From: a virus
Taxonomy: Duplodnaviria > Caudoviricetes
DNA: 24,777 nucleotides
IMG/VR virus record: IMGVR_UViG_3300049899_000349
Coordinates: 1 to 24,777 of that record
Direction: 5' to 3' (one strand)
The notes below the pieces were generated by a model. The model saw only the letters and a list, made by a program, of their open reading frames with translations, searched no databases and was not told the origin of the DNA. Below, in pieces: positions 1 through 8,602 of the stretch. The position numbers were made by a program, and so were the translations under genes. Each line of letters starts with the position of its first letter. Position 1 is the stretch's first letter.

Positions 1-1428
1 GAGAGCGGAACTCAAATAAGACAGATGTTTGGAACTTCTAAAATGGAAAGAAGTAAGAGAGAAAAATTATTTAGAAAAACTTTCGGTTATTTTGATAAAG
101 GTATTTTCGATATGTTAACCAACAAATTCAGAAAGTTAACAGAAATAAAAAAAGCTATGAATAGAGAATTAGACTTATCAGAAGAAGTCCAGTTACTTAT
201 AGAAGGTGGAGCGTATGGACATATGGCACACCCGTTTGATGATAATAATTTAACTTTTGGTGATTTGAAAAAGATTATTAAATTAGGGTTATCAGGACAA
301 TTAAATCGTGAAGATGATGTAACAGAAAAAACTGACGGACAAAATCTAATGATTACTTATCGTGACGGAAAGGTTGTTGCGGCAAGAAATAAAGGACAAA
401 TTAAAAATCGTGGACAAAACGCATTAGATGTTAATGCAGTAGCGAAGAAGTTTAGTGGTCGTGGTGATATTAGAGATGCGTTTGTATTCGCTATGAAAGA
501 TTTATCAAGTGCTATTATGAAATTAAGTGATAAACAAAAAGATAAAGTTTTTAAGAACGGAGAAATCTTTATGAATTTGGAAGTAATTTATCCAGCCTCA
601 TCAAATGTAATAGATTATGATAAAGCAGTTTTACAATTTCATAACTCTTTACAATATGATAAAAATGGTAATGCAGTAGGTGAAGCAAAGGGTTCAGGTA
701 GAATGTTGCAAGGTATGATTAAACAAGTAAATCAAGACATTGGAAAACATTTTAAGATAATAAAACCAAAAGTTCTGAGCTTACCAAAAAAAATTGATTT
801 TGGGAAAAAAGTTGATATTTATTATAAGAGAGTAAATAAGTTACAATCTCAATTTGGTCTGAAAGATACAGATACATTAGGACTATATCATCAATCATAT
901 TGGGAAGATTATATTTATAATGCAGGAAGACAATTTGGTTATAAAGTCCCTAAAACAATTTTGAAAAAATTAACTAAAAGATGGGCATTCTTTGATAAAT
1001 CATATAAGATACCAAATATTAGAAAAGAGTTATCAAAACAACCTGAATTTTTAAATTGGGTTATAGATATAGATAAGAGAAACCACACAGATATGGTTAA
1101 GAAAAATATGTTACCATTTGAAAAGATTTTCTTTTCAGTAGGAGCGGACATATTACAAAATCTTAGTAATTTTATTGCAGCCAATCCAACGAAAGCTGTA
1201 GAAAAGATTAGAAAAGATATTTTAAAAGCATCTAATTCAGTTAGAGCCGGTGGTGATATTAAAAAGATGAAAAAATTAAAACAACAATTGGAAAAATTAA
1301 GTTCACTTGGTGGACTAAGTAAAATAGTTCCAGTTGAAGGAATAGTATTTAAATATAAAGGAAAAACCTATAAATTTACGGGTGCGTTCGCCCCTGTAAA
1401 TCAAATATTAGGGTTAGTAAGTTTTTAA
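1..1428 (+). CDS. 5'-truncated protein: probable end of a cytidylyltransferase-like domain followed by an ATP-dependent ligase/covalent nucleotidyltransferase-like domain
   Basis: Frame is open from base 1 (ESGTQIRQMFG..), so the gene probably starts upstream of the window. SGTQIR resembles the S-[GS]-T-x-x-R motif of HxGH nucleotidyltransferases. Downstream are EKTDG (KxDG motif I), NLEVI (motif III-like), EGIV (motif IV) and YKFT (motif V-like). Confidence 0.55.
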   Translation, partial: ESGTQIRQMFGTSKMERSKREKLFRKTFGYFDKGIFDMLTNKFRKLTEIKKAMNRELDLSEEVQLLIEGGAYGHMAHPFDDNNLTFGDLKKIIKLGLSGQLNREDDVTEKTDGQNLMITYRDGKVVAARNKGQIKNRGQNALDVNAVAKKFSGRGDIRDAFVFAMKDLSSAIMKLSDKQKDKVFKNGEIFMNLEVIYPASSNVIDYDKAVLQFHNSLQYDKNGNAVGEAKGSGRMLQGMIKQVNQDIGKHFKIIKPKVLSLPKKIDFGKKVDIYYKRVNKLQSQFGLKDTDTLGLYHQSYWEDYIYNAGRQFGYKVPKTILKKLTKRWAFFDKSYKIPNIRKELSKQPEFLNWVIDIDKRNHTDMVKKNMLPFEKIFFSVGADILQNLSNFIAANPTKAVEKIRKDILKASNSVRAGGDIKKMKKLKQQLEKLSSLGGLSKIVPVEGIVFKYKGKTYKFTGAFAPVNQILGLVSF

Positions 1429-1430
1429 TT

Positions 1431-1952
1431 ATGGCAGGATATTCAAAAGAAGCAGAAAGACAGAATAAAGCATTAGGAAACCTATTAAAAGGCGAAAAGA
1501 TAGAAAAAAGAGCTATGGTGGGTTATACACCTAAACAAAAAGAAAAGGGTGATATAAAATCAGAATTAACTGATATTATGTCAGAAGTTAGAATGCCTTT
1601 GTTTTGTAAAGAATGTAAAAAAACAATGAAGAAAAAACTTGATGATAAGTTTTGGAGATTATTCGGACATTGTTGGGATTGTCAGATACAATTTGAACAC
1701 AAATTGCGACTTGAAGGTAAGTATGATGAGTGGTCAACTAATAGAGCAAAAAATAATCAACGAGCCTGGGTTGAAGATATGATAGTTGGTATAGAAGAAT
1801 GGAGAAATGAACGCCCAACAGACCAAGTGTATAATGTTGGAATTAAAGACCCAGAAGTAAAGATTGAGAAAGCACAAGTTAGTCAAAAATCTTTAAATAA
1901 GTTTGCTGACGATGCTATAAAAGACTTGAAAAAAATGAAAGAAAACATCTAA
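1431..1952 (+). CDS. Hypothetical phage protein with putative zinc-binding CxxC...HCxxC motif
   Basis: 173-aa ORF starting 2 nt after the previous stop; contains CKEC-x17-HCWDC. Confidence 0.6.
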   Translation: MAGYSKEAERQNKALGNLLKGEKIEKRAMVGYTPKQKEKGDIKSELTDIMSEVRMPLFCKECKKTMKKKLDDKFWRLFGHCWDCQIQFEHKLRLEGKYDEWSTNRAKNNQRAWVEDMIVGIEEWRNERPTDQVYNVGIKDPEVKIEKAQVSQKSLNKFADDAIKDLKKMKENI

Positions 1953-1957
1953 CTAAC

Positions 1958-1965
1958 TATTTATA
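1958..1965 (+). promoter_or_regulatory. Putative late promoter motif TATTTATA
   Basis: Intergenic copy of a motif found in 6 of the 7 larger intergenic gaps; followed by SD aggag and ATG 1982. Confidence 0.5.
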
Positions 1966-1981
1966 GGTAAGGAGAAAAATA

Positions 1982-2293
1982 ATGTGGAAAAAACTACTCG
2001 GGTTTTTAGCGATAATCGGAACAATTGTTGGTGCAGGTGCAGTAGCAGGTTCAAAGAAATCTAAAAAGTTAAAACAACTTGAAAATAAGATTGATGAATC
2101 TAAAAAAGAAGAAAAGACTGTAGCTTCTAAAATCACCAAACTTGAAAAGAATAAGACTAAGAACAAAAAAGAAATCACTACTTTAAAAAGAAAATTAACA
2201 GTTTCTAAAAAGAAAACTGTTGAAATGAAAAAAACTTTTAAAACGGGTGATGCAGATAAAGCATCTGATTTTTTAAAGAATTTTAGTAAATAA
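1982..2293 (+). CDS. N-terminally membrane-anchored, Lys-rich coiled-coil protein (possible i-spanin-like)
   Basis: MWKKLLGFLAIIGTIVGAGAVAG hydrophobic segment followed by a heptad-like charged helix; SD aggag upstream. Confidence 0.5.
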   Translation: MWKKLLGFLAIIGTIVGAGAVAGSKKSKKLKQLENKIDESKKEEKTVASKITKLEKNKTKNKKEITTLKRKLTVSKKKTVEMKKTFKTGDADKASDFLKNFSK

Positions 2294-2304
2294 AGGTAAT
2301 TAGT

Positions 2305-2682
2305 ATGAAAAAGTTAATATTAATGTTGACTATGTTTGGCCTACTTTTTTCCCAAGATAAAGTGTATACTTTTTCTGAAGAAGAAGTGGTCAATATGGGT
2401 AACAATGTAAAAGAATTACAACAAACCGTAGAAACCCAATCAGAACAATTAGGAATCTATGACGAGTTAATGAAGAAATATGAGAATCAAGCACAAATTG
2501 ATTCTATGTTAATTTCATTTAAAACTCAACAAGTAGATATATTGAAAGACCGTGAGGTTCTATATGAGAAACAAATTAAACTCATAAAACCGAAGTGGTA
2601 TGAAAATAAGTGGATATATTTTACACTTGGAGCGATAGCCACAGCAGGTTCAATTAAACTTGCGGGAGAAGTAATTAAATAA
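2305..2682 (+). CDS. Exported coiled-coil protein with signal peptide and C-terminal hydrophobic anchor (possible spanin partner)
   Basis: MKKLILMLTMFGLLFS|Q signal peptide, central coiled coil, C-terminal KWYENKWIYFTLGAIATAGSI; stop overlaps the terL start (TAATG). Confidence 0.5.
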   Translation: MKKLILMLTMFGLLFSQDKVYTFSEEEVVNMGNNVKELQQTVETQSEQLGIYDELMKKYENQAQIDSMLISFKTQQVDILKDREVLYEKQIKLIKPKWYENKWIYFTLGAIATAGSIKLAGEVIK

Positions 2683-4262
2683 TGAGTGAACAGAAGAAAC
2701 AATTAAAAGAAGCTATTAAAAGAGAATATTCTAAATGTGCTCAAGACCCAACTTATTTTTTGGGGAAGTATGGAATAATCCAACACCCTGTAAAAGGTAA
2801 AGTTAATTTTAATTTATACGATTTTCAGGAAAAAGCACTACACTCTTTTATGAACAGTGATTATAATGTTGTATTGAAAGCTCGTCAATTGGGTTTATCA
2901 ACATTAACTGCTGGATATGCATTGTGGATGATGACATTTCAACAAGATAAAAATATCTTGGTCATTGCTACAAAACAAGATACAGCAAAGAATTTAGTAA
3001 CGAAAGTTAGAGTAATGCATGCTAACTTACCTGGTTGGTTAAAACAACCTTGTGTTGAGGACAATAAATTATCATTACGATATAAAAATGGTTCTCAAAT
3101 TAAAGCTGTAGCGAGTTCTGAAGAATCAGGTCGTTCAGAAGCATTGTCATTACTTATTATTGATGAAGCCGCGTTTATTGATAAAATTGATACAATATGG
3201 GCTGCATCACAACAAACACTAGCGACTGGTGGTAGAGCATTAATTATATCTACACCAAATGGTGTTGGTAACTTTTTTCATAAAATATGGACAGAAGCTG
3301 AGAATGGTATAAATGATTTTAATTTTATTAGATTACATTGGTCATTACACCCAGATAGAGATGAAACTTGGAGACAAGAACAAGATAAATTATTAGGGCC
3401 TTCATTAGCCGCTCAAGAATGTGATTGTGACTTCATTACTTCTGGTCGTTCAGTAATCGATGGGTTGATACTTGAAAAGATTAGAGAAAATGATGTAAGA
3501 GAACCAATAGAAAAGAGAGGAATTGATTCTAACTATTGGATATGGCAACCACCAAACTATACAAAAAATTATGTGGTAAGTGCCGATGTTAGTAGAGGAG
3601 ACGGAACAGATTATTCAGCGTTTCATATTATAGATATTGAAACATTAGAACAAGTCGCAGAATATAGAGGAAAAATCTCTACACAAGAATTTGGTGATAT
3701 GTTAGTAAATGTAGCTAACGAATATAACAACGCTTTATTGGTAGTTGAAAATAATAACATTGGTTGGGCAGCAATCCAACAAGTTATCAATAGAGAATAC
3801 CCAAACTTGTTTTATACAAGTAAAGATTTGCAATATGTTGATGTTCAACATCAACTGACAAATAAATATAGAGCTCAGGAACGAAATATGGTTCCTGGAT
3901 TTAGCACTACAGCGAAGACAAGACCTTTAATCATTGCAAAGTTAGAGGAAATGTTTAGAGAAGAATCAGTAAATGTTCATTCTCGGAGATTGATTGACGA
4001 GTTGTTTGTATTTATTTATAATGGTAATAGAGCGGAAGCATTAATAGGATATAATGATGACCTGGTAATGAGTTTCGCAATAGCCCTTTGGGTTAGAGAT
4101 ACAGCATTGAGATTGAGAAGTGAAGGTATAGAACTCTCAAAAAAAGCAATAAGTGGTATTTCACAAAACCCAGCAGTTTACAAACCAAACCCGAATAAAA
4201 ACGATTCTTGGGAAATGGAAGTAAAAGGGGAAAAGGAAGATTTAACTTGGTTAATAAAGTAG
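2682..4262 (+). CDS. terL: Terminase large subunit (T4 gp17-like)
   Basis: LYDFQ adenine-binding motif, KARQLGLST deviant Walker A, LLIIDEAAF Walker B, STPNG coupling motif, RNase H-like nuclease residues ADVSRGDGTDYS and NDDLVMS. Confidence 0.95.
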   Translation: MSEQKKQLKEAIKREYSKCAQDPTYFLGKYGIIQHPVKGKVNFNLYDFQEKALHSFMNSDYNVVLKARQLGLSTLTAGYALWMMTFQQDKNILVIATKQDTAKNLVTKVRVMHANLPGWLKQPCVEDNKLSLRYKNGSQIKAVASSEESGRSEALSLLIIDEAAFIDKIDTIWAASQQTLATGGRALIISTPNGVGNFFHKIWTEAENGINDFNFIRLHWSLHPDRDETWRQEQDKLLGPSLAAQECDCDFITSGRSVIDGLILEKIRENDVREPIEKRGIDSNYWIWQPPNYTKNYVVSADVSRGDGTDYSAFHIIDIETLEQVAEYRGKISTQEFGDMLVNVANEYNNALLVVENNNIGWAAIQQVINREYPNLFYTSKDLQYVDVQHQLTNKYRAQERNMVPGFSTTAKTRPLIIAKLEEMFREESVNVHSRRLIDELFVFIYNGNRAEALIGYNDDLVMSFAIALWVRDTALRLRSEGIELSKKAISGISQNPAVYKPNPNKNDSWEMEVKGEKEDLTWLIK

Positions 4263-4271
4263 AGGTAAAAA

Positions 4272-6101
4272 ATGGCTGATAAAGGTTTATTCAGTAGATT
4301 AAGACGATTGTTTTCAACTAATGTGATTGTAAGAAATGTTGGTGGAAGACGATTAAAAATAGCGGACACACAACAAGTTCAAGCTATAGCAGGGAAAGAT
4401 TTAGTCGATAGATTTTCCCGTTTGTATAAAAGTCCGCACGGAATGAGTGGATACAACCAATCATTGTATCAGAAGACAATGAGATTGGGATTATTTAGGG
4501 ATTATGAAGCAATGGATTCAGACCCATTAGTAGCATCCGCATTAGATATTTATGCAGACGAAACAACATTAAAATCAGAATATGGAAAAATATTATCAAT
4601 TAAATCTGATAATAATCAAATACACGATATTTTACATAATTTATATTATGATATTTTAAATATTGAATTTAATTTATATCCCTGGACAAGAAATTTATGT
4701 AAATATGGTGATTTCTTTTTGAAATTAGATATTAATGAAGAGTTTGGTATTACTAATGTTGAACCTTTATCGAGTTATGATGTAAATAGAGTAGAAGGGG
4801 AAGACCCAGAAAATCCTTATTATACAAGATTTGTTATAGAAAGTGGAGATGTAAGACAAACTAATCAAGGCACACAAACCGAATTTGAAAATTATGAAAT
4901 AGCTCACTTTAGAATGATTTCCGATTCAAATTTCTTACCTTATGGTCGTTCAATGTTAGAAGGTGGTCGTAAAGTATGGAAACAATTATCACTTATGGAA
5001 GACGCTATGTTAATCCATAGAATTATGAGAGCTCCAGAGAAAAGAATATTCAATATAGATATTGGTAATATCCCACCAGCAGAAGTTGACCAATATATGC
5101 AGAGAATAGTTGAACAAATGAAAAAAGCACCTGTAATTGATGATAATGGACAATACAATTTAAAATATAATATGCAAAATATCACAGAAGACTTTTTCTT
5201 ACCTGTTCGTGGTGGTGACAGTGGAACAAAGATAGAAAATCTTGGTGGATTAGAATATCAAACCACAGATGATATTGAATATCTAAGAAACAAATTATTA
5301 GCCTCATTAAAGATACCACAGCCTTTCTATGGATATGCAGAGAAAGCAACTGAATCTAAAGCTACATTAGCTGCAGAAGATGTTAGATTTGCAAGAACCA
5401 TTGAAAGAATACAAAGAATATTGGTTAGTGAATTAACCAAGATTGGTATCGTTCATTTATATGCACAAGGATACACAGATTCAGATTTAGTTGATTTTGA
5501 AATTGAATTAACAAATCCATCTAAAATCTATGAACAAGAGAAATTAGAGTTATTAGGACAACGAATTACAGTGTTCAATGATTTAACAGCAGAAAATTCA
5601 GTAACATCTAAATATTGGGCGTATAAACAAGTTTTTGGTTTTTCAGATGAGGAAGTAAAAGAATTTGAAGAACAACTTGTGGAAGACAAGAAAAAAGAAT
5701 TTAGACTTGATTCAATCAAGAACGAGGGAACAGACCCGAAAGAAGCCGCAGAAGAAGCACAAGAACAAGGCGAGGAAGAACTCGCAAGTAGAACAGGAAC
5801 TGAGGAATTAGGACCTGAAGGTGGTTCTCCCGAAGGTGGTTGGGAAGGTGCTGGTAGACCTAAAGAGATGCCTCACTACGGAAAAGACGGAAGTGCAAGA
5901 GGTCGTGACCCATTAGGGAAACACGATAGGAAAAAAGCTATGAGTTCCAGTCCAAAATACGGTAACTCGTATAGGAAGTCCTTGAACTTGTCCCATTTTG
6001 ATAAATTAAAGTCTAAAGTTGATAAAAAAATATTAAATGAAACCACAGATGTAGAAGCAGAGTATAAAAATGAAGTTTCTTCGTCTTTAAGTGATAATTA
6101 A
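4272..6101 (+). CDS. Portal protein (T4 gp20-like) with extended low-complexity C-terminus
   Basis: gp20-type motifs LMEDAMLIHRIMRAPEKRIFNIDIGNIP, EDFFLPVRGG and DIEYLRNKLLASLKIP; follows terL; SD gaggt. Confidence 0.93.
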   Translation: MADKGLFSRLRRLFSTNVIVRNVGGRRLKIADTQQVQAIAGKDLVDRFSRLYKSPHGMSGYNQSLYQKTMRLGLFRDYEAMDSDPLVASALDIYADETTLKSEYGKILSIKSDNNQIHDILHNLYYDILNIEFNLYPWTRNLCKYGDFFLKLDINEEFGITNVEPLSSYDVNRVEGEDPENPYYTRFVIESGDVRQTNQGTQTEFENYEIAHFRMISDSNFLPYGRSMLEGGRKVWKQLSLMEDAMLIHRIMRAPEKRIFNIDIGNIPPAEVDQYMQRIVEQMKKAPVIDDNGQYNLKYNMQNITEDFFLPVRGGDSGTKIENLGGLEYQTTDDIEYLRNKLLASLKIPQPFYGYAEKATESKATLAAEDVRFARTIERIQRILVSELTKIGIVHLYAQGYTDSDLVDFEIELTNPSKIYEQEKLELLGQRITVFNDLTAENSVTSKYWAYKQVFGFSDEEVKEFEEQLVEDKKKEFRLDSIKNEGTDPKEAAEEAQEQGEEELASRTGTEELGPEGGSPEGGWEGAGRPKEMPHYGKDGSARGRDPLGKHDRKKAMSSSPKYGNSYRKSLNLSHFDKLKSKVDKKILNETTDVEAEYKNEVSSSLSDN

Positions 6102-6124
6102 ACTGATTAATAATTTACAAACTT

Positions 6125-6134
6125 TATATTTATA
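6125..6134 (+). promoter_or_regulatory. Putative late promoter motif TATATTTATA
   Basis: Intergenic ACTTTATATTTATA after the portal gene; matches the other intergenic copies. Confidence 0.55.
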
Positions 6135-6191
6135 ATTGATAGAATATATCAATAATTAAATTGGTGTTTGCGAAACGGAGTTGAGGAATTT

Positions 6192-7064
6192 ATGTCCCAA
6201 AAAATAAAACATTCTAAAATAAAAAATACAGGTTTACTATATGAAATCTTAACAAGACAAGTTACCGCTGATATTTTAGATGGAAGAGAGTCAAAGTCGG
6301 TTAACTTATTGAAGAAATATTTCAATGAAAATACTGCATTAGGTAAAGAGAAAGAACTTTACGATATAATTTTAACTAATTCTTACAAGGATGAAAGACG
6401 AGCAGAAAAATTATTAGAAGCTGTAGTCAAGACAAGACAAAGAATTAGTAATCAAGATTTAAAAAAAGAAAAATATAACTTGATTAAAGAAATTTCCGAA
6501 ACTTTTTCAGCTAAAGACTTTTTTAATACAAGAGTATCAAATTATAAAACTTTAGCATCCATTTACAAATTTTTCCTAACAGAAACAACAAGGATAGATT
6601 TTAGTCCAAAAGAAATAGTTGATACAAAATATAGTATTTTGGAGAGTATAACTTCTACACGAAGAATAAAGAAACCAAGTAAAGTTTCTGAAACACTAAG
6701 AAAAGAAGAAAGAGATACTCAATTATTATCATACGAAATTTTGGTCGATAAATTCAACCAAAAATATACCAACTTATCAGAATCACAAAAGTCACTTCTA
6801 AGAGAATACATTAACAATGTATCCAATTCAAATTCTTTCGGTGAGTTCATAAATGAAGAAATAACAAAGGTTGTAAACGAATTAAAACCATTACTCAAAA
6901 AAGTAAATGATAAGGTGGTTAAAATAAAACTAAGTGAAGCTATTAATCAAGCTAAAAACTTTACAACTAAATCGTTTGTTAGAGATAACCAAGTGGTTAC
7001 TTTAATGAGATATTATGAACTTATAAAGGAATTGGAAGATGTCACCAAAATTAAAACAACTTAA
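6192..7064 (+). CDS. Hypothetical head-module protein (possible prohead core component)
   Basis: Long helical ORF between portal and protease, beginning MSQKIKHSKIKNTGLLYEIL. ATG 6192 is preferred over TTG 6168 because of SD gagg at 6183-6186. Confidence 0.65.
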   Translation: MSQKIKHSKIKNTGLLYEILTRQVTADILDGRESKSVNLLKKYFNENTALGKEKELYDIILTNSYKDERRAEKLLEAVVKTRQRISNQDLKKEKYNLIKEISETFSAKDFFNTRVSNYKTLASIYKFFLTETTRIDFSPKEIVDTKYSILESITSTRRIKKPSKVSETLRKEERDTQLLSYEILVDKFNQKYTNLSESQKSLLREYINNVSNSNSFGEFINEEITKVVNELKPLLKKVNDKVVKIKLSEAINQAKNFTTKSFVRDNQVVTLMRYYELIKELEDVTKIKTT

Positions 7065-7737
7065 AGAAAAATTAAGACGAGCTATCAGAAAAGAACTGGT
7101 AGAATACGATAATCTAAATATTCAGTCTGAAGAAGAACTTGAAGAAGCTTCAATGACTGGTAATTTAGACGGAGGTGAGGGGCCACCACAAACACCATAC
7201 GCATTCCAATCCAAGAAAAAAAGAGCACAAGACAAAAAGAAAGAAGATGAGATAGTAACTAACTCAACTGGATTTATAAAAGTAAATGAAACTCTAAACG
7301 ACAGGGGTGTTAAAGAATTCAAAAGAGAATTAACACTTGATGTTAAGTATGTTAAAGCATTATCTAAATTAATTAACAAGAAGTCAGTTGGAAAAGCTAC
7401 AGAAAAAGATGACCAAGTAATAAGTAGTCTTACAAATATTCTTCAAGGTCGTTTTAGTGGACTTGCAAATATATTAAAGAATAAAAATTTAAACGAGGGT
7501 CGTTATCACACTTGGAGAAATGATGAATCAATAACACCAAAACAAAAAATTGGTCGTTCAATAAGAGAAGTAAGAGATTCATTAAATTCATTATCAAAAA
7601 CAATTGATATGAGTGTTAAACTAAAAAATGAATTAAAAGTTAATTCATCAGATTATTGGAAAACAACTCACAACGCATTAGGAAAGATTTCAGAAAGATT
7701 AGTAAAATTAGCAAATAAAGTAGGAAAATTACAATGA
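7039..7737 (+). CDS. Hypothetical head-associated protein with several [LV]-x-E sites
   Basis: 232 aa; motifs LEE|ASMTGNLDGGEGPPQTPYAF, KVNE, NLNE; ATGA overlap with the protease gene. Confidence 0.6.
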   Translation: MSPKLKQLKEKLRRAIRKELVEYDNLNIQSEEELEEASMTGNLDGGEGPPQTPYAFQSKKKRAQDKKKEDEIVTNSTGFIKVNETLNDRGVKEFKRELTLDVKYVKALSKLINKKSVGKATEKDDQVISSLTNILQGRFSGLANILKNKNLNEGRYHTWRNDESITPKQKIGRSIREVRDSLNSLSKTIDMSVKLKNELKVNSSDYWKTTHNALGKISERLVKLANKVGKLQ

Positions 7738-8348
7738 GACAATTAATAGTAGATTATTTACCATTCGAGATATCAACTCAACAGATTAATGAATCCATCA
7801 CAACAAATGATGGAAGATTAATCGTAAAAGGTGTTTTACAAAGAGCAGAATCACAAAATCAAAATGGTAGAGTATATCCAAAAGATTTATTAATGAGAGA
7901 AGCAAAGAAATACACAGAAAACTTCATTAATGAGAAAAGAGCACTTGGTGAATTAGACCACCCAGATAGTTCAGTAGTGAATTTACAAAACACATCACAT
8001 AATATAACTGAAATGCATTTCAATGGTGATGATTTAATAGGTACTGTTGAAGTATTGGGAACACCGAGTGGAAACATTTTAAAAGAATTATTCAAATCAG
8101 GAATTAAGTTAGGAATTAGTTCAAGAGGATTAGGTTCAGTAGAATCAGTTGGTGAAGGAGCACAAGAAGTTCAACCAGACTTTGAATTAATTGCATTTGA
8201 CTTTGTATCAAATCCATCAACACACGGAGCTTTCCTATCACCTGTAAATGAATCAGTTGATAAAAATCAACAATATGAACAAAGACCAGATTGTGGTATT
8301 TGGTGTAAAACAGAACAATTAATACACGATATTATTACGGAGAGATAG
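7734..8348 (+). CDS. Prohead core/maturation protease (T4 gp21-like)
   Basis: NQNGRVYP, ALGELDHP (catalytic His), GISSRGLGS (catalytic Ser) and FDFVSNPS motifs. Confidence 0.93.
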   Translation: MRQLIVDYLPFEISTQQINESITTNDGRLIVKGVLQRAESQNQNGRVYPKDLLMREAKKYTENFINEKRALGELDHPDSSVVNLQNTSHNITEMHFNGDDLIGTVEVLGTPSGNILKELFKSGIKLGISSRGLGSVESVGEGAQEVQPDFELIAFDFVSNPSTHGAFLSPVNESVDKNQQYEQRPDCGIWCKTEQLIHDIITER

Positions 8349-8600
8349 ATGTCAAATTATAAAAATATAATGAAAACATCAATGAAAGAATCTTATTCAA
8401 GCATATATATGGAAATAGCAAAAGCTATCAAAGTAAACAGACCAGATGAATTAAATGCAATTAGAGACTTAGGTGAAGAATATGATATTGGTAGAGTTTT
8501 GTATATGGCAAGAACAAATCCAAAAGCTCTTAAAAAAGCAGTTTACGATAGAGTAAGAGAAAGAAAACAATTCATCAAAAGTAAAAAGGTAAAAGGGTAA
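8349..8600 (+). CDS. Small basic hypothetical protein (possible internal head protein)
   Basis: 83 aa, own SD ggag at 8339-8342; N-terminus MSNYKNIMKTSMKE. Confidence 0.55.
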   Translation: MSNYKNIMKTSMKESYSSIYMEIAKAIKVNRPDELNAIRDLGEEYDIGRVLYMARTNPKALKKAVYDRVRERKQFIKSKKVKG

Positions 8601-8602
8601 GT

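Noticed and set aside
1431-1952. Small terminase assignment for the Zn-motif ORF
   Set aside because: Only its position near terL supports this; I recognise no gp16-like motif.
2682-6101. Intein or intron in terminase or portal
   Set aside because: Motif spacing and lengths are normal, with no intein splice motifs or frame interruptions.
6168-6191. TTG start given by the ORF track
   Set aside because: ATG at 6192 has a well-spaced SD (gagg), whereas the TTG has none.
8346-8351. TAG immediately followed by in-frame ATG (possible stop recoding or readthrough fusing the protease to the next ORF)
   Set aside because: The next ORF has its own SD, core genes are intact under code 11 with no internal TAG/TGA, and TAG ends the MCP, bS21 and gp13 genes at expected lengths.
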